Assembly: GCA_005809105.1 (NCBI GenBank)
Contig: SYLI01000053.1
Location: 13,542 to 77,541, forward strand
Length of the DNA stretch: 64,000 nucleotides
Direction of reading: 5' to 3'
DNA from: Verrucomicrobiales bacterium
Lineage (GTDB): Bacteria; Verrucomicrobiota; Verrucomicrobiia; Limisphaerales; UBA1100
This document shows positions 1 through 8,821 of the stretch, in pieces. Positions within the stretch are counted from its first letter, which is position 1. Each line of letters opens with the position of its first letter. The translations under genes were made by a program, and so were the position numbers. Below the pieces are notes generated by a model. The model was not told the DNA's origin. It was given only the letters and a program-made list of their open reading frames with translations, and made no database searches.

Positions 1-307
1 CAATGAGCGAGGGGCAACCAATCACAACCATCTGGTCGATGAGCGTCTTGCAATAATCCAGCGCCGTCTGCTGCTCCTCTGCACTGCCGCGCAAATCGCG
101 ACCCGGCCCCATGCAGGCGCAGATGGAACCGCACTCCAGCCCGTGTTTGTCCAGCTCGTGCCGCACATGATGGGGGTCGATGTGCTCGGGTGCTTCCACG
201 GGGATTTCCACCGTTTGAAATCCCCACCGTTTGAACGTGGGAAACAAGGCCGTGCTTTCGTTGGTGAAAGGCGAGGTGAAAAGAAACGTGTTGATGCCAA
301 ATCTCAT
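1..307 (-). CDS. Sugar phosphate isomerase/epimerase (D-tagatose/psicose 3-epimerase-like), 3' end runs off the window
   Basis: Not in the ORF track. Manual translation from ATG at 307 gives MRFGINTFLFTSPFTNESTALFPTFKRWGFQTVEIPVEAPEHID...LRGSAEEQQTALDYCKTLIDQM, typical of this TIM-barrel family. Confidence 0.8.
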   Translation of the reverse strand, partial: MRFGINTFLFTSPFTNESTALFPTFKRWGFQTVEIPVEAPEHIDPHHVRHELDKHGLECGSICACMGPGRDLRGSAEEQQTALDYCKTLIDQMVVIGCPSLI

Positions 308-327
308 AGTCGCAGGATTCGCTGCGC

Positions 328-356
328 AGGCTAGTGAATCAACGCGCGCCGGTCAA
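328..356 (-). promoter_or_regulatory. Putative sigma70 promoter of the epimerase gene
   Basis: Minus strand reads TTGACC-N17-TAGCCT, about 20 bp upstream of the ATG. Confidence 0.45.
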
Positions 357-414
357 CCCCTTGCAGGGGGGCCATGAAGAGAATGGCCATTGCTGACCGC
401 AGGTCGCCGTGGGC

Positions 415-548
415 GTGCAACGCCCCTGCGGGGAGCAATAGGGCCCATGATCGCCCCGGCGCAGCCGTTGCACGGGAGTGAAACGCCCCTGCGGGGAGCA
501 ATAGGGCCCATGATTGCCCCGGCGCAGCCGTTGCACAGGAGTGAAACG
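415..548. repeat. Two tandem 63-bp palindromic (REP-like) units
   Basis: CGCCCCTGCGGGGAGCAATAGGGCCCATGAT(C/T)GCCCCGGCGCAGCCGTTGCAC(G/A)GGAGTGAAA starts at 421 and 484 with 2 mismatches. Internal inverted repeat GTGCAACG(415)/CGTTGCAC(466). Confidence 0.9.
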
Positions 549-642
549 ACCGTTCGTGAGTACATTCGTTGGTATCTTCAATGCTGCTTGGCGCAATTCC
601 ATTGCGACCGCGCCCAAGGCGGGTGTAAGTGCAGATGCTGTC

Positions 643-873
643 ATGAAAACCGCGCCCCCCCTTGCCCTTCTGTGGGTCGCAGCCACGCTGGCTTATGCCG
701 CGCCTCAGGTTGACAAGGAGTTGGCCGCGCTCGCTGCGTTGCCTGTGCCGGAGCTGCGCACGTCGGCTGAGAAAGGCAACGCCCAAGCCCAGTCTCTTCT
801 GGGTCGCCGCTATGCCTTGGGCGAAGGCATCGCGAGCATCGAAGGGAATCTCGGCCCGGAAGGCCGAGTTTGA
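643..873 (+). pseudogene. Truncated secreted Sel1-repeat protein
   Basis: Signal peptide MKTAPPLALLWVAATLAYA, then one partial Sel1 repeat (AEKGNAQAQSLLGRRYALGEGI), then an early stop. Confidence 0.55.
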
Positions 874-960
874 CCGCAAGGCCAACGCCCCCGGAGTGGG
901 GCAATTGAAATAAGCCTCCCCTTTTGCCCCACTGCAAGGGGCGCAGCACCCGGTCGGGGA

Positions 961-989
961 TTGAAATTGCTGGGGCGAACGGCTAAATC
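961..989 (+). promoter_or_regulatory. Putative sigma70 promoter
   Basis: TTGAAA-N17-TAAATC just upstream of ATG 996. Confidence 0.4.
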
Positions 990-995
990 CCTCCG

Positions 996-2006
996 ATGCA
1001 AAAGCCCCAACGCGGTGCCGCACGTTCCAAGCTCATCGCCGTGGTGGACTGGCGCCCCTCACCCGCCAGCCTCAATGACATCACCGTCGAGCGTCGCATC
1101 ATCGGCAAGGCCGCGCCCGTCCGGTATTTTCTGGCCAATGACGAGGGCGATTTCACGCCGGAGATCCTGGGCGCAAACATCGTGATCGTCTGGCACAACA
1201 CCGTGATTTCCTCCGCCACCATCGGGAGGCTGAAAGGATGCCGCGCCATCATTCGCAACGGCGTGGGCTACGACACCGTGGACGTCGCCGCCGCCGCGCG
1301 CCGCGGCATCGCCGTGTGCAATGTGCCCGACTACGGCACCGAGGAGGTGGCCGATCACGCCATCGCGCTCACGCTGGCACTCACCCGCCAGCTTTTCCCG
1401 CTGGACGCCGAGGCCAAGCGGCTGGGCTGGAAAATCCACCCGATGAAATCCCTGCGCCGCACCCGCACGCGCACCTTCGCCGTTCTGGGACTGGGCCGCA
1501 TCGGCACGGCCGCCGCACTGCGCGCCAAGGCGCTGGGATTCCGCGTCGTGTTTCACGATCCGTACCTTCCCAACGGCGTGCACAAAGCCGTGGGCATCGA
1601 GCGCGCCGCCACGCTGCCAGACCTGTTGCGCCAGGCCGATGTGCTGTCCATCCACTGTCCTTTGAGCGCCGCCACCCGGCATCTCATCGCCGAAAAAGAA
1701 CTGGCGCTGCTCAAACCCACCGCCTACGTGGTCAACACCGCCCGGGGTGCCATCATCAAGAAGACCGCGATTCTGGCCGCGCTGCGCGAAGGCCGCATTG
1801 CCGGCGCAGGTCTGGACGTCATCGAAGACGAACCGCTGCGGACGGCCGCGGAAGCCGCCACGCCCAACCTCATCGCCACCTGCCACGCCGCCTTCTGCAG
1901 CGTGGAGGGAATGATTGAGATGCGCAGCACCAGCGCGCGGATTGCCCGCGCGGGTGTGCTGGGAGAGCCCTTGGAGAATGTGGTGAATGGCGTCGCGGCG
2001 CAGTAG
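996..2006 (+). CDS. D-isomer-specific 2-hydroxyacid dehydrogenase (CtBP-like)
   Basis: Motifs RNGVGYDTVD, NVPDYGTEEVADH, GLGRIG, VNTARG, GAGLDV...EP and HAAF. Confidence 0.93.
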   Translation: MQKPQRGAARSKLIAVVDWRPSPASLNDITVERRIIGKAAPVRYFLANDEGDFTPEILGANIVIVWHNTVISSATIGRLKGCRAIIRNGVGYDTVDVAAAARRGIAVCNVPDYGTEEVADHAIALTLALTRQLFPLDAEAKRLGWKIHPMKSLRRTRTRTFAVLGLGRIGTAAALRAKALGFRVVFHDPYLPNGVHKAVGIERAATLPDLLRQADVLSIHCPLSAATRHLIAEKELALLKPTAYVVNTARGAIIKKTAILAALREGRIAGAGLDVIEDEPLRTAAEAATPNLIATCHAAFCSVEGMIEMRSTSARIARAGVLGEPLENVVNGVAAQ

Positions 2007-2063
2007 GCTCCCTTCGGGCCCATTTGCCTTGCCATCCATTTTGGGAATGCCAAGAGTGGCCTC

Positions 2064-2429
2064 ATGCTTGTGATCGCTCCCAAGTACGTTGCGTTGTTGA
2101 CACTGGCCGCCCTCGCCTTTGCCTGCGGCAATGGTCCCTCGCCGGACGGCCCCACGGCTCAAGAGGAATTTCCCAAGCTGATGGAGAAGGCGAAAGCGGG
2201 CGATGCCAAGGCGCAGTTTCAAGTGGGCGGCATGCTCAAGAGCGGTGACGGCTGCACGCGGGACCTCACGGAAGCCTACATGTGGTACCTGGCCGCAAAA
2301 GCCAACGGCGAGGATGCCGCTGCGGGCCCCATGATCAAAATGATGGAAGAGGGTGGCGAGCTGACTCCAGAACAGATCAAGTCTGCGACAGACAAGGCGG
2401 CCGCACTCTCCAAGCCCAAGGCCAAGTAG
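2064..2429 (+). CDS. Sel1-repeat lipoprotein
   Basis: Lipobox LAFAC; Sel1 repeat AKAGDAKAQFQVGGMLKSGDGCTRDLTEAYMWYLAA. Confidence 0.8.
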   Translation: MLVIAPKYVALLTLAALAFACGNGPSPDGPTAQEEFPKLMEKAKAGDAKAQFQVGGMLKSGDGCTRDLTEAYMWYLAAKANGEDAAAGPMIKMMEEGGELTPEQIKSATDKAAALSKPKAK

Positions 2430-2468
2430 GCCCCACCAGCCCCGAGCCATCGGCGGGCGCCGCTTGTG

Positions 2469-3323
2469 CTAGTGGACGTGGCTTTCGAGCACGGGCACCC
2501 TGCCGCGATTGGCATTGTTCATTTCCGGCACCATGTACACCGGATTGCGGCCTTCGGCCCGCGAGACCATGCCCACATGCCAATCGGCAAAGAGGACGAA
2601 GGACGCCGGCTTTGTGGCGCTGCCCTTGCCATCCTTGTAGCCCGTCTGGTGGCGGATGGACAGGACGTCGGGCGTGCAGACTTTCAAGTTGGCGTCGTAG
2701 CTCACCAAAAAGAAAGGGTCATTCACGGCGACGTTGGTGACGGTCTTGCCGGTGTCAATCCCCGTGTCCGGATCGTGGAGCCTGCCGGTCCAGCTCCAGC
2801 GGTAGCCGGTCGCAACATCGCTGCCGTCAGTAGCGTCGGTGCGCTCGTTGCGGTCAAGCTGACAGGCTTCCTCCACCACCACCGCCAGCCGATCCGGCGC
2901 AGCCTGATCGAATGGCTGCTCGGACAGGCCAGAGTTCATCGAGAAACTCCATTTGTAGCCTCGCTTTTGGAAAAAGGTGTCCGCGGGGTCGTGCAGCACC
3001 TTGTTCATGCTGTCGGCATCCACAAAGCCAATGTACGTGGCCAACTGGCTTTGTTTGACGTCTCCCCACCGAAGCCACTGCGGCAAGCCCCAGTTGCCAC
3101 CGTTGCGGGGGAATTTGCTGCCGTTTTCAGGGATGAAACCCGCCATGCCGTTGGCAATCTGCTTGAGATTGCTGACTCCAATCTTGTCGCTGGCCGCCGA
3201 TCGGGCCTTGCCCAAAACCGGGAACATCAAGCTGGCCAGGATGCCGATGATGGCGATCACGACGAGCAATTCGATCAGGGTGAATCCGGCCGGGGTGCCG
3301 GGACTGGCTTTAGTCGTTTTCAT
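2469..3323 (-). CDS. Prepilin-type N-terminal cleavage/methylation protein (PVC DUF1559/H-x9-DG-like)
   Basis: GFTLIELLVVIAIIGILASLMFPVL, SNLKQI, and C-terminal RH...FVLFADWHV. Start taken at ATG 3323. Confidence 0.88.
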   Translation of the reverse strand: MKTTKASPGTPAGFTLIELLVVIAIIGILASLMFPVLGKARSAASDKIGVSNLKQIANGMAGFIPENGSKFPRNGGNWGLPQWLRWGDVKQSQLATYIGFVDADSMNKVLHDPADTFFQKRGYKWSFSMNSGLSEQPFDQAAPDRLAVVVEEACQLDRNERTDATDGSDVATGYRWSWTGRLHDPDTGIDTGKTVTNVAVNDPFFLVSYDANLKVCTPDVLSIRHQTGYKDGKGSATKPASFVLFADWHVGMVSRAEGRNPVYMVPEMNNANRGRVPVLESHVH

Positions 3324-3491
3324 TTCTGACAAACCCTTTTTCTGTGATTCTAGCGTGAGAGGCACGCGCCCCGCGCTGGAACCACGCCCATCTTTCCAAA
3401 AAAACCGCTTGGATTGGCTTGCGAGAGAAGGAATTGCCGCCCCCCCCAGCTCGCCCTGGCTCTTTCTAGCACGTCAGGTGCCAAAGCCCAT

Positions 3492-4787
3492 TTAGGAGTA
3501 CCGAAGCGCCTCAATGGGATCCAGGTTGGCTGCGCGTCGGGCTGGATACACCCCGAATGCGATGCCGGTAGCCACGCTGATCCCCAAGGCCAGCAGCACC
3601 GACCACGGCGTGACGACGACCCTATATGCGTGGCCGGAAATGGCGTGGATGGCCCATGACAGAAAGTACGGGAAAAACACCCCCACCACGACGCCGATCA
3701 AGCCGCCGGCCACCGACAGCACCCCCGTCTCCATCAGGAATTGTTCGACGATCTGCCTCTTCTTGGCACCCAGCGCACGCCGCACGCCAATCTCGCGCGT
3801 GCGCTCCGTCACCGTGGCCAGCATGAGGTTCATGATGCCGATGCCGCCCACCAAGAGGCTGATGGCGGCGATGCTTCCCAGCACGAAACTAAAGAGCCGC
3901 TTGGTGGCCTCGAGTGCGCGCAGTTCGTCCAGCGGCACCTCCACCACGAAGTCTTGCTTCTTGTGAAGGTCCGCCAGCGCGTGGCGAATGAGCGGCGCGG
4001 CGCGCGCCACGTCGTTCTCGGAGGCAAATTCGATGGTCAGGAAACTCAACTGCACCCGCTCCACCTGAAATGAACCCGCCGACCGCCGCACGTTCTGCTC
4101 ACCCAAGTGCGTCCGAAACGTGTGCAGCGACACAAAGACGCGCCCTTCGCTGGCGGGCGCGCCACCCCCGGCGGCGGTATGGTAGACGCGGCTCAGCTCG
4201 CGCATCACCCCCACCACGGTGAAGGCCCGGTTGGCCACGCGAATTTCCTCCCCCAGCGGGCTCACATGGCCATAGAGCGTGCGGGCCAAATCCTCCGTCA
4301 GCACGCACACATTCTTCTGCTCGCGCTCGTCCCAGTCGGTCAGAAACCGGCCCTCCACCATCTCCGTGGAGGTCATCTCGCGATACAGCGGCGGCGTGCC
4401 CACCACCTCGCATTCGGCGTGCTTGGGAAAGCGCACGCGCTTGGGCTCAATGCGCTGCGGCAGGATGCGCACAATGCCCGGCACACTGCGCCGGATGCGC
4501 TCCATGTCGGCATACTTCAAGCCATAGTCGGCGATGTAGCTGCGCTTGGCACCACCAGCGGTGGCGTCGCCGGCCGGCTTTTTGCTCCGGAGAATGATGT
4601 TGCGTGCGCCCTTCTGCCGGATGCGTTCCTGCGCCTCAAACGAGGCGCCCTCGCCAATGGCCAGCATCGCGATGACCGAGCAGACGCCAAAGATGATGCC
4701 CAGCATCGTCAGCAGCGACCGGGTCTTGTGGAGCAGCAGGCTTGCGACCCCGGCGCGCGCTCCTCGCAGCAACATGGGGAGGTTCAT
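3492..4787 (-). CDS. MacB-family ABC permease (module 2)
   Basis: RSLLTMLGIIFGV, GGIGIMN, TERTREIGVRRALGA, YPARRAANLDPIEALRY. Confidence 0.93.
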   Translation of the reverse strand: MNLPMLLRGARAGVASLLLHKTRSLLTMLGIIFGVCSVIAMLAIGEGASFEAQERIRQKGARNIILRSKKPAGDATAGGAKRSYIADYGLKYADMERIRRSVPGIVRILPQRIEPKRVRFPKHAECEVVGTPPLYREMTSTEMVEGRFLTDWDEREQKNVCVLTEDLARTLYGHVSPLGEEIRVANRAFTVVGVMRELSRVYHTAAGGGAPASEGRVFVSLHTFRTHLGEQNVRRSAGSFQVERVQLSFLTIEFASENDVARAAPLIRHALADLHKKQDFVVEVPLDELRALEATKRLFSFVLGSIAAISLLVGGIGIMNLMLATVTERTREIGVRRALGAKKRQIVEQFLMETGVLSVAGGLIGVVVGVFFPYFLSWAIHAISGHAYRVVVTPWSVLLALGISVATGIAFGVYPARRAANLDPIEALRYS

Positions 4788-5497
4788 GCGCCCGCCATCT
4801 CCCTTTGCGCGCGGCTCACGTCGCGCACGATGCGCCCGTCGCTCATCTGCACCACGCGCGTGGCGCGCGCCGCCACCTCATCGCCGTGCGTCACCATCAC
4901 GATGGTCTTGCCTTGCGCGTGCAATTCGGAAAAGAGATCCAGGATTTCGCGGCCCGTGGAAGAGTCCAGATTGCCGGTGGGTTCGTCGGCCAGAATCATC
5001 ACGGGATCGTTGGCCAGCGAGCGCGCGAGGGCCACCCTCTGCTGCTGCCCTCCGGAGAGTTGTTTGGGACGGTGACCCAGGCGGTCGGACAATCCCACCC
5101 GATGCGCCAGCGCCTCACAACGGTCACGGCATTCGGAGAGCCCGAGGCCCTGGTAGGCCAGCGGCACGTGGATGTTTTCAACCACCGACAACTGGTCGAT
5201 GAGGTTGTATTGCTGGAAGACAAAGCCAATACGCTGGCCGCGCATGTCGGAGAGCTCGTCGTCACCCATGTCCGACACGTCCATCCCGGCCAGCACGTAG
5301 CGCCCGCTGGTGGGCCGGTCGAGGCAGCCCAGAATGTTGAGAAGCGTGGACTTGCCCGATCCAGACGCGCCCATGATGGCGACAAAGCTGCCCGGACTGA
5401 TGGAGAGCGAGAGCGAGCGCAGCACCGTCAACTGAACCTCACCCAAGTCGTAGGTCTTGGTGAGCTGCTCGATGCGGATGATGGCGCCAGAGGCCAT
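4784..5497 (-). CDS. ABC ATP-binding protein, MacB/LolD type (module 2)
   Basis: GASGSGKST, LSGGQQQRV, ILADEPTGNLD. Confidence 0.95.
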   Translation of the reverse strand: MASGAIIRIEQLTKTYDLGEVQLTVLRSLSLSISPGSFVAIMGASGSGKSTLLNILGCLDRPTSGRYVLAGMDVSDMGDDELSDMRGQRIGFVFQQYNLIDQLSVVENIHVPLAYQGLGLSECRDRCEALAHRVGLSDRLGHRPKQLSGGQQQRVALARSLANDPVMILADEPTGNLDSSTGREILDLFSELHAQGKTIVMVTHGDEVAARATRVVQMSDGRIVRDVSRAQREMAGA

Positions 5498-5519
5498 GCC
5501 AGAAACTCAAACTAGGCGG

Positions 5520-7022
5520 CTACTCATGCGCCGTCTCGGCGCTGCCATCGCCGGGATCCGAGGGCGGCGCCAGCGCCACCTCGTCCCCGTCCACAAGTCC
5601 CGACTTGATTTCGATGGTGGTTTCGTTCGACAGCCCCACCTCCACCCGCGTCCACACAGCTTTCCCGCCGCGGTGCACATAGCACCGGCTCTGCCCCCGG
5701 CGGCTGACGACGCACTGGATGGGGATGGTGGAGACGCCTTCGAGCTGAGCCACGAGGATTTCCGCATGGGCCGTGACCCCCGGCTTGAGGTCCTCGGGCA
5801 GCGGATTGGACGGGTCATTTTCGATCCACACCTCGGCATTATACACCTTGAGATCGGGCTCGTAATAGCGGCTGTTGGTGTCGGGCAGGGGCGCGATTTT
5901 TTTGACCACTCCGCGAAACTGGCGGTCGGGCAGCGATTCAATGCGCACCTGCGCGGGCATCCCCGGGCGCACCTGGCGCACGCGCGATTCGTGGATCTTG
6001 ATCTCCACCATCATCTGCGACATGTCCGGCAGTTCCAGCAAATCCTGCCCGGGCTTCACCTCCGTGCCCTTTTCCAAAGGGGCTGTGGAGCGCGCCGAGC
6101 TGTTGATGGTGTAGATGACCAGCCCCTCCTGCGGCGCGCGGATGAGGGTCTTTTCCTGCTGCTCCAGGAGTTTGGTGAGCACCCGCTGCTGCTCATCCAT
6201 CGTGGCGCGGCGCCGGTCCACAATGGCGGCGTACGCGGCCATCGAGGCCTCGGAGTTTCGCTTGGTGCTCTTCTCGCTCACGCGCTTGTGGTCGAGCAAT
6301 GCCTCAAACCGCTGCCGCTGCTTGGGCAGGTCGTAGCGTTGCAGCACCAAGAGCTCCATGTCGTTCTGCTGCACTTGCAGCTGCTTCTGCCGCTCGGTGA
6401 ATTCCTCCGCACGCACCTGCGCCTCGGTGGCGTAGCCCTTGGACTGCAGCGTCTTTGTAAGGCGGAGCTTTTCCTCGGCCCGTTTAAGCTCCTCCTCGGC
6501 AAGCGCCTTCTTGGATTTGAGCGCCAGTTCCTGCATGGGAAAGTCGCCCTCGATGTATTTCTTGAGATCGGACGCGGCGAAGAGCAGGTCAAATTCCGCC
6601 TGCTTGTCGGCCAGTGCCACCTCCTCGCGCTTGATGGCCAGGTCCTTGAGCGCGTTGGTCACCTCGCGCTGCGAATTGTCCATCGACACGCGCTGGTTGC
6701 TGATCTTTTCAACAATGGCCTCGTCGGCAAACTGCACCAGGAGCGCGCCCTTCTTCACGTACTCGCCCTCCGGCACGATGTGGACCACGGTGGCGGGCGA
6801 AGCCAGCTCGCTGGCGATCTTGATTTTTCGCGTGGAATCAATGGCGCCGCTTTCCACGAGCGTCACCCTGAAGGGCCCAGACTTCACCTTCTCCCACGCC
6901 ATGGCGTCGAGCGCCGCGTCATGAGACTCGCGCCAGCGCGCGCTCATGGTGAGCCCCACCAGCGCCAGCACCGCGACTCCCCATAATGGGTGCCGCAGGA
7001 TGAATTGCTTAACTCGGGCCAT
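5520..7022 (-). CDS. Efflux periplasmic adaptor (MFP/HlyD family, module 2)
   Basis: N-terminal TM, lipoyl half-motif VPEGEYVKKGALLVQF, long coiled coil, IRAPQEGLVIY, LKPGVTA. Confidence 0.9.
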   Translation of the reverse strand: MARVKQFILRHPLWGVAVLALVGLTMSARWRESHDAALDAMAWEKVKSGPFRVTLVESGAIDSTRKIKIASELASPATVVHIVPEGEYVKKGALLVQFADEAIVEKISNQRVSMDNSQREVTNALKDLAIKREEVALADKQAEFDLLFAASDLKKYIEGDFPMQELALKSKKALAEEELKRAEEKLRLTKTLQSKGYATEAQVRAEEFTERQKQLQVQQNDMELLVLQRYDLPKQRQRFEALLDHKRVSEKSTKRNSEASMAAYAAIVDRRRATMDEQQRVLTKLLEQQEKTLIRAPQEGLVIYTINSSARSTAPLEKGTEVKPGQDLLELPDMSQMMVEIKIHESRVRQVRPGMPAQVRIESLPDRQFRGVVKKIAPLPDTNSRYYEPDLKVYNAEVWIENDPSNPLPEDLKPGVTAHAEILVAQLEGVSTIPIQCVVSRRGQSRCYVHRGGKAVWTRVEVGLSNETTIEIKSGLVDGDEVALAPPSDPGDGSAETAHE

Positions 7023-7034
7023 CGTTATTCTTTT

Positions 7035-8777
7035 TCAGTTTCGGAAAATCTGATCCGGGGGCACCACCTCTGGCAGCGCCGCGCCTCCTCCGTTGACCGG
7101 GCCCTTGCCCTCCCCGGGAAGGCGCTGGGGCCGGAGCCAAAACTGGGTGCCTTCGACGTTAAGGGTCCCCAGCTCCTTCAACAAATTGAGGCGCGTCACG
7201 TGGTAGTCCACCATCGCCTCCGTCACGGCATTCTGCACGCGCACCAAGTCGGCCTGCGCCTCCAGCACGTCGCGGATGTCCGTGGTGGGATCCAGTTCCA
7301 CCTGGATGGGCATCACCTCCACCCGCTGGCGCGCCAGGACAAGCGCGTTCTGCTGGATGAGGTAGTTCTGTCGCGCCTGTTCCAGGCTGCGCACGTCGCG
7401 CCGGATGGACTCGCGCAGTCCGTCCAGTGCGGTGGAGAGCAAGCGCAACTGTATTTCAAACTGGATGCGCGCCGCGCGGTAGGCATTGCGCTCGGTCAAC
7501 CGATCCAGCGGCAGATCGAGCTTGATGCCCGCCGCCGCCGTGGCCTGCCCCGGGCGGATGGAGGAGTAGAATTGATTGGCGAGCTGGGCGTCGGCAATGA
7601 GTGTGAGATCCGGCAGCAGGCCATTGGAGGCGACGGCCACCTTGCGCTTGGAGTCCTCGAAACGGTCGATCGTGTTGAGAAAATCCAGCCGGTTCCCGAT
7701 GGCCGCAAGGTAGCCTTCGCGCTCATCGAGCACCACGGGCTTGAGTCCCAACTGTTGCACCTCTGCCAATGCGGTGGGATCGAGCTCCACGCGCTCGCCC
7801 AGCGGCAGGCCCAGCAGCTGCTTGAACTCATCGAGTCCGGTGCGGTAGCTCTCCACGCTGGCCAGGTATTGTTCGCGCGCGCCAAATTCCTTCTGCCGGG
7901 CCTGATCCACCTGATAGCGGGGCAGCTGCTGCGCCTCGCCCATCGCCTCGGCGCGCCGGCGCACCTCGGTAAGATTGCGGTAGTTGGTGTAGCTGTTGCG
8001 CACGGCGTCCTGCGACTGCAAGAGGCGCAGGTAATCCGTCACCACGCCGACGGCAAAGGTCTTCTGGTACTGGCTGAATTCGCGAATGCTGTAGACGACT
8101 TCGCGCTCGGCCTGCGTCAGCAACTCGGCCGCCATTTCCGAGCCGGCGCCGCGCAGCAGGGGCTGGGTGAGCGCCAGGGTGAGGCTGGGAATCTTGGGCT
8201 TGCCGTTGAAATAAAGCACGAGGTCATTGGCCAGCGTGGAGGTGATGGTGGCGCCGCTCTTGAGCAGCCGGGTGAATTCCAAGTCCAGCGACGCGTCGCC
8301 GGAGAGCCCGCCGTCCTCCGCGCGATTACCCGTGGCGCCCAAACTCGAGCCGGTGGCGCGAAAGGCGAACTCGTGGCGCGTCGCCGTCAGTTCCAGTGCC
8401 ACGAGATAGAGCTGCTCGCGTTGCATTTGCAGCGGCCGGTTGTTGGCCGTCGCCATGCCCAGCGCGTTGGCCAGCGTCAACTTGCGTTGGCTGTCGGTGA
8501 AACGGTCGCGGATGATTTCCTCGGGCGCGATGGCCTTGGGATCTCGTGCGGAATAGGCCGTGTCCACGCGAAAGAGGCTGCTGCGCCCCAGCACCTGCGT
8601 CTCGCTCTCGGCCAGAATCCGGTACACCTCGCCGTCGGCGGCGGCGTGGTGGTGCGCGGCACTGCACGCCGCCAGCCCCAATGCGGCGATGCCACCCAAA
8701 ACCGGGCCTGGATGAAAATGCGATGCGTTCAAAAAACCGCGCTTCCCTTTGTTGATCTGGTCAAAAATCCTCCCCAT
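7035..8777 (-). CDS. TolC-family outer membrane lipoprotein (module 2)
   Basis: Lipobox LAAC, LTQPLLRGAG, DVLEAQADL. Start uncertain; the longer ORF overlaps the upstream gene. Confidence 0.85.
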   Translation of the reverse strand: MGRIFDQINKGKRGFLNASHFHPGPVLGGIAALGLAACSAAHHHAAADGEVYRILAESETQVLGRSSLFRVDTAYSARDPKAIAPEEIIRDRFTDSQRKLTLANALGMATANNRPLQMQREQLYLVALELTATRHEFAFRATGSSLGATGNRAEDGGLSGDASLDLEFTRLLKSGATITSTLANDLVLYFNGKPKIPSLTLALTQPLLRGAGSEMAAELLTQAEREVVYSIREFSQYQKTFAVGVVTDYLRLLQSQDAVRNSYTNYRNLTEVRRRAEAMGEAQQLPRYQVDQARQKEFGAREQYLASVESYRTGLDEFKQLLGLPLGERVELDPTALAEVQQLGLKPVVLDEREGYLAAIGNRLDFLNTIDRFEDSKRKVAVASNGLLPDLTLIADAQLANQFYSSIRPGQATAAAGIKLDLPLDRLTERNAYRAARIQFEIQLRLLSTALDGLRESIRRDVRSLEQARQNYLIQQNALVLARQRVEVMPIQVELDPTTDIRDVLEAQADLVRVQNAVTEAMVDYHVTRLNLLKELGTLNVEGTQFWLRPQRLPGEGKGPVNGGGAALPEVVPPDQIFRN

Positions 8778-8821
8778 TCTGACGCCCGCAAGGGCCGCGC
8801 CATCAATGTTTTTGTGGGAAA

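Noticed and set aside
415-548. CRISPR array
   Set aside because: Two contiguous 63-bp copies with no unique spacers and no cas genes.
331-1023. ORFs with repeated peptides spanning the repeat (331-1023, 339-686, 390-713)
   Set aside because: They are translations of the DNA repeat in several frames with no protein-family features.
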